From contig NC_045138.2 of NCBI RefSeq assembly GCF_008831285.2, positions 3,968,001 through 4,032,000 on the forward strand: a DNA stretch of 64,000 nucleotides, given 5' to 3'. This document shows positions 38,332 to 49,961 of the stretch, one piece after another (position 1 is the first letter of the stretch; each line of letters opens with the position of its first letter). Below the pieces are notes generated by a model. The model had not been told where the DNA came from. It worked only from the letters and a program-made list of their open reading frames with translations, and made no database searches. A program made the translations under genes and the position numbers. This DNA is from Nymphaea colorata (Eukaryota).

Positions 38332-39566
38332 AGTCATCATTCAAGATATATTCTTTCCAACGTGGTGTCACATTCCCTTATGATCACATCCTCTTTGGGG
38401 AAGGTCCCGAACGGTCCACCTACATTTCTCTTGAGTCTCAACCTTTGGCTCCCGAATGGTATCGGACTTGGCATCCCACCTTCTCTCGGATGTTTCTTTC
38501 TTACTTTGAAGAATGTGGGCTAGAGACAGTGGCAGCTGGAGGAATGCAGTCAGTTGATAGAAATTTGGTACATGCAATCGCCGAGCATTGGAACCCAAGG
38601 ACCTCCTTTTTTTGGTTTTCATGGGGAGAAATGACAATATTACTAGATGAATTTGTCGAAATACTAGACCTCCCTACCCCAACTTGTGACCCAAATGATC
38701 TATTGGAAAAACAATTCCTTATGAACCCAACCAAGGTCAATGCAAATGACCTCATTGCTCACTTTACTGGACGGAAAACTTGGCCTTTAGTGGAAAACCA
38801 TGAAAATCAAAGCATTAACATGAAAAATTTGTAAGAAGAATTTGGAACCTATGTTGAACCTTCTACCCTACCTCGAAAAGCCATAGGGAGAATTAAACAT
38901 TGTATGATGCTCTGCACAGTAGGAGTGACCCTTTTTACCGATGGAAGTGACCTTTTAGATGTCCGTATTGCCCAACTTTTTCGAGTATGGGGGCATAGAG
39001 GGACCCGACACTTGTCAGTAGCAATGACAGCCTTAGCCTTCCTCTACCGAGGACTCACCCGCTTTACCATTGGAGGTATCGACTTCATAGAAGGATGCAC
39101 ATATGCTTTACAATTGTGGTTCCTCAAGCATGCGGGACCCCAAGCCAGTCTATTTAGAAACACTGATGGATCATTGACAACCTTGGAGCAATACCATCGT
39201 TTGATCGAGCAATTGAATGAAGGAGAGATCATTTGGGATTATTGTGATCGTCGGCAGAGCCTACCCCGATACACTCACCATCATCATGGGCGTACCACAC
39301 TCTTGGGCCCTCACTTCATAGTTGATTATTGTGCTGATAGATGTATGAGACAGTTCTCTCAAAGGCAGAAGATGGTCTCTGTGCATGCACCAATTGGAGC
39401 TATTCCCGAATTTGACCTTAGTTCTCCTCAATGGACAGCATTGTTTGCAGTAGCTCGACAAGAATGGAAGACACAAATGTCATACACTTGGTTCATAGGC
39501 CCAGTGGTGAAGAAGGAATATGCTGAGTGGTGGGATGCCAACCGACCACCATCCTTCCTTCCCTAA
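38332..39566 (+). pseudogene. Ogre extra ORF1 encoding a plant mobile domain (PMD, aminotransferase-like) protein; one in-frame stop
   Basis: LVHAIAEHWNPRTSFFWFSWGEMTILLDEFVEILDLP, LAFLYRGL and GCTYALQLWF match PMD motifs. ORFs 38445 and 38904 share a frame, separated by TAA at 38832-38834. Confidence 0.82.
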
Positions 39567-39738
39567 AAAGTTTTATGTTGTCAACTTTGTATTCCTTCTG
39601 TCGTTGTCATCTTTATTAGTATCTTTGGATGTAACTTTTAAAAACTTGTAATGCAATATGAACCTTCATTTTGTCATCATTTCCGTCCAATAACTCTATT
39701 TTCTTATGTCATAAGGTGAATACTTGAAAGCCACCAAG

Positions 39739-42504
39739 ATGGTTGAAACTAGATCGCAAGCTAAGCAGACTCCTCAAAATGAGGCTTCATCCTCTAAACT
39801 CCGTCCAGAAACACTTGGCCTCCCAGCAATCGAGCCAGAAGCTTACTATATGTTCCGTTTGTTCATGGAGCGATTCATGAAAGAGCAAGAAGAGCAAAAG
39901 GCCTTGATGGTTACTCCAGAACCTGATAATGAAAAGACTGCCAAGCAAAAAAGAAAAAAGAAAAACAAGTATTTTGTTGAAAATCAGGATGAAGACTATT
40001 TGGGTTCAGATTCGGCAACTAGTAAAGAAGAAAAACCCGAACTGTTTTCTCTCAAAAAGAAAAAGACAACAAAGAAAAATAAAAAGGAAAAAGATGTTAT
40101 GATAGAAAACAGCTCACCCAATCCTATCACCACTGAAAGTTCGGAAGAGAAGCCCAAAAGGAAGAGAAAACCTAACAAAAAAGTCAAAAAGACAAAGAAA
40201 TACATCACTAGCAACAGCTCAGACAGTGAGAGTTCTGAAGAAAAAGTAAAGGAGATCAAGGGCAAGAAGAAAAAGACCAAGCCAGAATTGATCGAATCAA
40301 GTGATGATGAAAGTCCGACTAAGCGCAGATTCTATGAAATGGAGAAAAGAATGAACAATCTTGAGCTTAGGGGAAAGGGAAAACGTTCATACTCATGTGA
40401 GGACTACTACCTTGGCATTAAAGGGGACGAAGACGTGAAAGGCTTGCCCAGAGAATTCATCAGATATGATGGAACCACTTGTCCACACGTTCATCTTTCA
40501 ACATTTTTCAATGATTGCTACAAAATTCGAACAAATAACAGAGCTTTGTTCCGATATTTTCCAAGAAGCCTTGAAGGCATTGCCGCACAATGGTATAAAG
40601 AAAATATCAATCCGATCGAGCTGAAGGAGTTTGACAAGTTGATTAACATGTTTGTTGAAAGATTTGAATAAAATGCTCCCATGGCTCCAACCCTCAGTAC
40701 CATTTGCAGTCTTCGTCAGAAACAGGGAGAAAAGGCTCGAGAATTCATCCAAAAATGGAGAATTCAATGCAATAAGATGAAGGAGCCCATTTCTGAGACA
40801 CAAGCCTTGTCACTCATTAGGAAAAATCTTGCCCAACCCTTGAAAAGTCTCATCCGCAATGCCCCGATCAAAACCTTTGCTGAGTTAATTGAATAAGCAA
40901 ACTCGATAGAAGAAGGGATTGAGGAAGGAGATTTTGATGGAATTATTGCTCCTAAGTACAAAGAAGATGAAAAGAAAGGAGGAAGGACACAACTGCCTGC
41001 ACAATTCATAGCCAATGCTGGCATTAGAAAGGACCATGATAATAACTACAAGCATGACAAGGGAGTCAGTTTCAAGAAGAACACACAGTTTCTCAAAGGC
41101 GACGACGAAAGGAAAAACAAACACCCAGGTTGGAGCTACGACCAGAAATTCACTCCTTTGAGCCAGTCTCGGGAGAAGATCCTTGAATACCTTCTCGCCA
41201 AAGGAACTATCGTCTTGTCAAAAATATCAGAGCCTCCGAAAATGATGGGAGGAAATAAAGAAAAACTGTGCAAGTTTCATCGTACCCCTGGTCATGACAC
41301 TAAGGATTGTTTTGTCCTCAAAAATATTATTCAAGACTTCATCAACAAAGATCTCAAGATTTGTGATGATAGTACCCCTGAGATATTAAGGAATCCATTC
41401 CCTGACCACGGGAAGGCGGCAATAGCCATGATCACTACAGGCACTCCACTTCCGTACCACCCACAAGAGCACATTCGACCTTATATTGGGAGCAGCTCAC
41501 ACAAAGTCATGGTGGTAGACCAAGGTAAGGAACCTCTAGATTTCATTGCTATGATGAATGGCAGGATAGAAAGTTTGCCCAAGAAACTTCTTATGATTCC
41601 AAAGACTTTTATCTTACAAGGCGACGAATCATCAAATGACTCCTCAGATGAAGATCCACGCTATTTGGACGTTCTCCCCTTGGAAGAGCGTATGGATGAG
41701 GGAGACTCGATTCAAGCTTCTAAAAATCAGTCAATTACCTTCTCAGAAAAAGACCTCTCAAAATGGGGATATTTCCATGAAGATGCTCTTTACATCGTCG
41801 TTCAGGTCAATGGGATGACGGTGCCACATGTTTTGATTGATGGAGTAAGTGGTTTGAATATTTGTTCTTATCTCACGGCTAAAACATTGGGGTTTCGTGA
41901 AAACAAATATCGTTCTGATAATACCAAGATATACGGATACGATGACCGAGGCATGAACAGCAAAGGTACCCTCGACATGAATGTGATCATTGAAAATACT
42001 AGCCATTGCATTGTATTTCATGTGGTAGATGTACCACCATCATACAACCTGTTTTTGGGACGACCTTGGATCCATCAAGTACGAGGAATCCCATCCACTC
42101 TTCATCAATGCCTGAAATGGAATTTTGGTACATCAGTCATCACTGTCCGTGCTGAGGATCCGGTCGAGAGGTTGATGCAACCTATGCTCCCTAGGCCAAT
42201 TGATCCGGTAGATGTATCGAGCATAAGAACAACAAATGACAGACCTTTGAAAGAATGGATGCAGAACATGGAGATAGGGGAACCATTCGGGAATGCTTAT
42301 ACTATTTCAAGCAATCGTGCAAGTTATCAAGAACACCTATTGTATGTTCATTTCATGAAAAACCCCAAGGGTTTTCAGTTACTTCTGAAAGGTGGCTACC
42401 GTCCATTCACTGGCCTTGGGAAAAATGAAGATGGCATCTTGCAACCGATTAGCATCTCTTTTCAAATGAACATGAGAGGACTGGGATATCATGAAGGAAT
42501 TTGA
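39739..42504 (+). pseudogene. gag: gag-protease-G-patch polyprotein, two in-frame stops
   Basis: YDGTTCPHVHL..YFPRSLEG.A..WY gag motif, LRQKQGE, CKFH....HDT..C knuckle, protease VLIDGVSGLNI...LGRPWIH, G-patch GY....GLGK..DGI..P.....GLGY. ORFs 39724, 40681 and 41158 are in one frame. Confidence 0.9.
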
Positions 42505-42704
42505 AGAAGATCTTGGGGGCTAATAGTATTCACTTTTGTTTCAAAATCCTCCCATGAATTTTGTAATTTTAAACATCTTTTTGTCTGGTTTCATGAGAGG
42601 ACCCATTCTATGAACTAAGAACTTTTTTTTTTATATGCAAATGCAAGTAATTTTTTTTTTTGTTGTCAATTTCGTCCAACTCTTTCCTTTATCCTCTTTA
42701 CAGG

Positions 42705-45700
42705 ATGTCGGAACTCAATATGTCTCAGTTTATTCTTTTTCCACGAAAGTCCCCCGAGAAAGCATTTATCGAACAAGCAGTCGGTGAAATGGAACCTATG
42801 GCAATACCCGAGTCAGAATTACCAGAATTCACTCAGATTCAGAAACAAGAACATCCTTCATCTTTGGTGAATGATCCAATTGAAGAAATTAATATTGGAA
42901 CCAGTGAAGATCCTAAAATTCTTTAAATTGGCACCAGTTTGTCAATGGATGAGAAGAAAAGATTGGTGGACTTTCTTATAAGAAACCAAGAAGCTTTTGC
43001 TTGGACTTATGAAGATATGCAGGCTTAGACCCCCAATTGGTCGAACATCGTTTGCCCTTAAATCCTAATTGTAAGCCGATTAAGCAAAAATTGCGCAAGC
43101 TTGACCCTCGACTAGAAGGCCCTGTAAAAGAAGGACTAGAGGACTTGCTAAAGGCAAAATTCATTCGTGCCATCGATTACCCCGAATGGTTGGCGAACAT
43201 CGTGGTGGTCCCCAAGAAAAATGGCAAAGTTAGGTTGTGCATCGACTTTCGAGACTTGAACAAAGCCACACCGAAGGATGATTATCCTCTTCCAAACATT
43301 GATCTGTTGGTAGACAGTACTGCAGGCCATGCAATGTTTTCTTTCATGGATGGATATTCGGGATATAATCAAATCAAATTAGCAGTCAAAGATCAACCTA
43401 AGACCACTTTTACTACACCCTGGGGTACTTTTTGTTACACGGTAATGCCATTCGGGTTGAAGAATGCTGGAGCAACCTATCAAAGAGCCATGGCCGCCAT
43501 CTTCCATGACCAGATGCATAAAATCATGGATGCATATATCGATGACATATTGATCAAATCCAACACAAGAGAAGATCACATTGAAACTCTTGCCCAAGTA
43601 TTCGAGAGGCTTTTACAGTACAAGCTTCGCCTCAATCCTCAAAAATGTGTGTTTGGGGTTGAGTCAGGGAAACTGTTGGGTTTCATGGTCAGTAAGAAGA
43701 GAATTGAAATGGATCTTACAAAAGCTAAGGCAATAATCGATATGCCACCACCTACCAATATCAAGGAGTTGCGAAGCTTGCAAGGACAAATCCAATCCAT
43801 CAGACGATTCATTTCCAATCTGGCCATGAGATGCGAGCCATTCAACCAGCTACTGAGGAAAGGTGTCAAGTTTGAATGGGGTTTTGAATGCCAACAGTCA
43901 TTCGAAAGGATCAAGAAATACCTTCTAAATCCACCAATTCTAAAACCACCAACGTTGGGCAGACCATTGCTGCTTTACATCACAGTGAATGAGTCAACAT
44001 GTGGCGGCTTTTTGGCACAATATGAGGAAGGAAGTCGCATCGAACACACAATCTATTACATTAGCAAGACTTTTGTTCAGTACGAAAAGAAGTACTCTCC
44101 AATAGAGAAAACTTGTCTGGCATTGGTTTGGATGTGTCAGAAGTTGAGACATTATTTATTAGCTTGTGAGGTCAAGATACTCTCCAAACTAAATCCTCTC
44201 AAGTACATCTTGGAACAACCATTCCTTAATGGGCGTATCGCAAAATAGCAAGTTCTGTTAATGCAATATGATCTTGAATATGTGTCTCAAAAGTCAATCA
44301 AAGGACAAGCAATTGCGGATCAGTTAGCAGACTTCCCTCAGTACGAAGAAACCAGAACAAATGATGAGTTTCCAAATGAACATGTACTAAGATTGGAAAC
44401 GGGTCCGACATGGAAGATGTACTTTGACGGGTCCAGAAATGTGATGGGAGCAGGCATAGGCGTCTTACTCATCACTCCAGAAAGCGAAATGATCCCGTAC
44501 TCTTTGAAACTTGATTTTCCATGTACCCATAACATGGCTGAATATGAAGCCCTCATACAAGGACTTCGTTCTTTATTGAGTTTTCAAGTGAAAAGAGTGA
44601 ATGCCTTCGGCGACTCTCAGCTTATTATAAATCAAGTGAATGGAGAATGGGAAGTCAAAGATGAAAAGTTGGTGCCATATCAAGAAATTGCTACCTCCTT
44701 AATCTGTCAATTCGAAGAAGTACAATTGGCTCACGTAAAGAGAGAAGGTAACCCTATTGCGGATGGCCTCGCGAGCTTATGATCGACCATCACTTTTCGA
44801 ACCAATGAAACAATCCGTTCTTTTGAGATTGGAAGATTAGAACACCCTGCTTTTGAAACGACGACGCATGTTCATCATATCCAAGGGGGGAATACGCCTT
44901 GGTACCATGACATCAAAAGGTACATTGAAAGCGGAGAATTCCCGACTAAAATGTCTAAAAATGAACAAAAAGCAATACAACGTATGTGAGCGAGGTACTT
45001 TATCCTAACAGGGGTATTATACAGACGTGGATTTAGCACAGAATACTCTCGGTGCCTTGATGAAGATGAGGCAAAGAAAGTAATCGAAGAATCACATCGA
45101 GGAGATTGTGGAGGCCATGTTGGTTACCAAACCCTCACCAAACAAATAATTCGAGCAGGGTATTATTGGCCTACCATGCAAAAAGATTGTCACCAATTTG
45201 TCAAAAGATGCAAAGAATGCCAACTGCATGCTCCAGTAATTCATGCCCCAGCCTCTCACTTGCATTCTGTGACATCTCCTTGGCCATTTTCAATGTGGGC
45301 CTTTGACGTAGTCGGACCGATATCCCATGCAGCTTCTAACGGCCATAAGTATTTTCTTGCTGCAACAGATTATTTTACCAAGTGGGTAGAAGTCGTCACA
45401 CTCAGAACAGTGGAAGGACGTCATGTAGTCCTTCATTCACAAAAATCTTCTTTGCAGATTTGGAGTCCCTCATGATATAGTATCAGACAACAGAACTCAT
45501 TTCAAGAATGAAAAGATGAGCCAATTGTGCAGCAAGTACCACATCACGCACCATTTTTCAGCTCCTTATTACCCCCAAGGCAATGGGCAAGCAGAGGCTA
45601 CCAACAAGATCCTGATCCGCATCTTGAAACGGACAGTAGAAACTGGAAGAGATTGACATGAAAAGATGCACAAAGCTCTATGGGCATATCGCACCACTAT

Positions 45701-46145
45701 GAAAACTCCAACAAATGCCACTCCAGCAGAGCTAGTCTATGGAACAGAAGTTGTTCTACCATTACATGTGTTGAAACCTGCTTTGAAGTTCGCTTCTCTC
45801 ATAGAGCTCCCTCTTACTCAATATCAACAAAAAAGGCTAATGCAACTCGATTTGCTAGATGAAAAGAGGCTAAAAGCGGCTGAACATGCTGAAGCTTATC
45901 GCCAAAGGGTAGCCAGACAATTTGCCAAGTCAGTTATCGAGAGAAAGTTCAAAGTGAATGATTCAGTCCTACGATCTGCAGTGTACCCGAGAGGACGACC
46001 ACGAGGCAAGTGGGCACCAAATTGGGAAGACCCATATGTCATTAAGGAAGTTTTGCCCCACAATTCATACCGACTAATTGATGGTGATGGGGTGGAATTT
46101 GCCGATCCTGTTAATGCCCTTCACCTCAAGAAATTTTATGCCTAG
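42705..46145 (+). pseudogene. pol: pol: reverse transcriptase, RNase H, archaeal-type RNase H, integrase; stops and frameshifts
   Basis: RLCIDFRDLNKA, MPFGLKNAGATYQR, YIDD; aRH WKMYFDGS..NMAEYEAL..GDSQL; integrase GYYWPTM..C..C, DYFTKWVE, YPQGNGQAE, HLKKFYA. Confidence 0.95.
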
Positions 46146-46668
46146 TTCTCTTGTATTCATTTTCCAATCAATGTCAAAACATTTGTGTTTCCACATTGAC
46201 TATTTAATCTAGATTCTTTCCAGTTGTAAAACATGACAATTACACTGGGGCATTTTTATTTTTTTTTATCGCTCAGGGCTTGAGAGCAACCCGTGCAGGT
46301 AAAGGGTTAAACCTGCAATATGAGGGCAACCCATGCAGGCAAGGGGTTAAACCTGCAATGCTAGCCAAAGCAACCCATGCAGGCAAAGGGGTTAAACCTG
46401 TGCTACAAGCCAAAGCAACCCACACAGTTAAAGGGTTCAACTTGTGATGCAAGTCAAGGCAACCCATTTAGGGGGTTAAACCTGAATTTGAAATCGGCAA
46501 ACCCATGCAGGTAAGGGGTTAAACCTGTAATTTAAGCTCAAACAACCCATTCAGGTAAGGGGTAAAGCCTGAAACATCTCTATGAAAATGTCTTGTTTGA
46601 AAAATTTGTGGCGTTTATCTTTGTCACTAAGCACGGCTAACACCGGCTTATTAACAAAGAGGGGCATC

Positions 46669-49600
46669 TGTAATCACCCCAAATTTTTTCAAAGGACTAT
46701 GATGTTTTATCCAAGTGCGAAATTCAAATTTAGGCATAAGATTTCCAAAATACTACTTTCAGATCCAAATTAAATCCAAAATACTACTCTCAGATCCAAA
46801 TTAAATCCAAAATAGAACTTTCAGATCCAAATTAAATCCAAAATACTACTTTTAGATCCAAAACTCAAGTTCAGATCCAAATCAATCATTTAAGACTAAT
46901 TTGCCCTTTCTTTTGACCAAAAACCTCCTTTTAGAGGGTGATTTTAGTCTTTTTGGGTAAACAAGACCGATTTGCCCATCCTTTTGACCAAAAACCTCTT
47001 TTTAGAGGGTGATTTTAGTCTTTTTGGGCAAACAAGACCGATTTGCCCCTCATTTTGACCAAAAACCTCCTTTTAGAGGGTGATTTTAGTCTTTTTTTAA
47101 ACAAGACCGATTTCCCCCCCCCTTTGACCAAAAAACCTCCTTTTAGAGGGTGATTTTAGTCTTTTTTAAACAAGACCGATTTGCCCCTCTTTTTGACGAA
47201 AAAACCTTCTTTTAGAGAGTGATTTTAGTCTTTTTGGTAAACAAGACCAATTTACCCCTCCTTTTGACCAAAAAACATCCTTTTAGAGGGTAGTTTTAGT
47301 CTTTTTGGGTGGACAAGACTCATTTTCCCTTTCTTTTGGCAAAAAAAATCTCCTTTTGGAGGGTGATTTTAGTCTTTTTAGGTTAAAAAATTCAAATTTT
47401 GGGTTTTGGGTCCAAAATCCTCTATAAATATCCCCCCATATCCTCCCTCTTGGGCAAGATTGGTCATTGGGAGAAACTCTAGTGTATTCTCACTTGAAGA
47501 CTTAGAGTTTCTCTTGAGCTCTCTCTCTCTCCCTCTTCCTCTTTCCATTTCCTTCTCCAACTTAGAGCAAGCACTCTTGGAGCTTCATTCAAAAGGGGAT
47601 CTTCAAGTGAAGGCGTTCATCTTTCTTAGGTCATTTCCCATTAGAGGTATGTAATCTTCATCCCTCTCATTTCTCTCTTCTTTCTTTTCATTAATATTCT
47701 TATTATTATGTTATTTCTTTTTCTTAAATATAGTCTTGTTGTTGTTTTCATTTTCTCTTCACATCTTCATCTCCCCATGGCCAAAGGAGATAGCACTCAA
47801 CCTCTTTTTAGAGACAAGAGGCTATGCTCAAATGCACCGGGAGCATGAGAAGATGAGATGATATTTTATTTTATGATTAAATCATGCTCTTTCAAGTATT
47901 CTTGTTGTTCTTGTTCTTTCTCTTTATCAATATCTTATTGCTCTTTCTTCTCTTCAATATATTCTTGTTGTTGTTATTCTTTTCCTTAATGAATATATTT
48001 TTGTTGTTATTGTTATTTCATTTCTTCAATATAGTCTTGTTCTTGTTATTCTTTTTCTTAATGAATATATTTTTATTGTTATTGTTATTTCATTTCTTCA
48101 ATATAGTCTTGTTGTTGTTATTCTTTTCCTTAATGAATATATTTTTGTTGTTATTGTTATTTCATTTCTTCAATATAGTCTTGTTCTTGTTATTTTTTTT
48201 TTCTCTTTTTCCTCTTCCCATGACCAAAGGAGATAGCCATCAATCTCTTTTTAGAGACAAGAGGCTATGCTCAAGTACACCGGGAACATGGAAAGATGAG
48301 ATGATCTTTTATTTTAATCATGTTCTTTCTTTTCATGAATACATTCTTATTGTTCTTTTGTTTCCTCTTATTTTCCTCTCTTCCTCATTTCTCCATGGCC
48401 AAAAGAGATAGCTCTCAATCTCTATTTTAGAGTCAAGAGGCTATACTCAAGTGCACCGGGAACATGAGAAGATGAGGTGGTATATCAATTCATAGTTACA
48501 TCATGTCTTCCCTCCTAATTGAACTTTGTTTTTTCCATCATCCTCTTTCTTTCTTTCCTTCCTTGAAAGTTATCTATATATTATGCATGCATAGTTGCTT
48601 GGTTCTTTACTTACATGTGAATGCATGTCGGAAATAAGAATGTGGTTTGGGGACTCTTTATTTTCATATTAATCTTTGAGGTTGGGACTTGTTGAACCCG
48701 GGATAAACCCTCACGAAAATGTACATGTTAATATGCATTTCCATATCATTTTGCGCTAGTTTCCTTCTTAATCATCACATTAGGAACCCTAACGAGTGCC
48801 TCGTTATGTTGCTTGTTTTCTTCCATACCCAACGGTGGAAGAAATATATCCCTTACAACAAACCAAATAATAACATTCTATGCTTATATAAATCATATTT
48901 TCCAAAACATTTTAAAAAAGAACCTTCTAACATGGCATTAGGGACTTAGCTTAGACTCTTGCATGAGTCCAAGCTCCCCTCCGGCCCACATTGAATTTGA
49001 AGTTGGTAATTTTAAGTTGTTCCTTGATTTTTCTAATCTTGTGAAGGTATGGATGTATACACATGTTATATACATTTATGCCAACATGATGACCCCCATC
49101 TTTCTCTCTCTATGCTTTCATTTTCTATTTTATAAATTTTCATATGTGCATGAATACGTATGTACTTGTGCTCCATTTCCTCTCTTTCAAATATTTATTC
49201 CTCTTTTCAAGACAAATATCTTCTCTTATAAAATTTCTCATACCCATATATGCGTATGATATTTTTTCTTTTCCTCTAAAATCTCTCTTTCTCTTTGAAT
49301 CAATACATCTTTTTCTCTTAAGATTTCATATATGTGTATATGTGATGGTATGTACACATGTATGCATGTCTTTCCCTATATCTCTCTCTTTCCTTTCATA
49401 AGAGTGTTTTATCTTTTATATTCTTTTTAACACTCTCATCTCATGAACTTCTATATACCAACTTCAATAAGACCACAAACCAAGTAATGACCCAATCTTT
49501 TATATTCTTTTTAACACTCTCATCTCACTCGGTTGTTTCTAGCTAGGTGGTAACCGAATTAGAGCAAAATCTCAAACCTACTTAAAGTCTTAAGAGAACA

Positions 49601-49951
49601 ATAAAATGATTTCAAAATGTTTTCAAAAGCTTTTCAAATGATATTTACTAGTTTCACTTTTTCCTCAAAACATTTCACATTTTCAAGCAATTCTTCAAGA
49701 ACCTTTTCAAAAGTTTGAAACTCCAAACTTTCAATATTTTCTACATCACATATAGAATCAAAAAGATGTTTAAGTTAAAAAGAAATGCATCAATGATAAA
49801 CATAGTCCTTGGGTTGATTACCCCCGGTAAAGGCGCCGGGAACGGTCGATCCTCGTACCGACGGGCGAGTCCCTTTCTTTCATCTTTCAAAAGAAAAAAC
49901 CTTATTTTTCTGGAGCACTCCAAAACCAATGAAAATTTTGAGATGCTAACA
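46669..49951 (+). repeat. 3' LTR (~3.3 kb) with ~60-bp array (46890-47390), TATA (~47423) and 3x72-bp array (47985-48200)
   Basis: TGTAATCACCCC after the PPT; ends GATGCTAACA. Confidence 0.93.
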
Positions 49952-49961
49952 ACAACAAAAG

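Larger units (their letters stand above)
34195..49951 (+). mobile_element. Ty3/gypsy Tat/Ogre LTR retrotransposon, decayed, with inverted 5' LTR
   Basis: PBS 37546-37563, extra ORF before gag, gag-pro, RT-RH-aRH-INT, 3' tandem array, PPT 46656-46664, 3' LTR. Candidate 5-bp TSD ACAAC at 34190-34194 and 49952-49956. Confidence 0.93.

Noticed and set aside
47884..48411. 175-aa hydrophobic 'membrane protein' ORF, also at 35315-35842(-) and 35737-36336(-)
   Set aside because: Product of T-rich 72-bp tandem repeats inside the LTR; low complexity and absent from the LARD LTRs.
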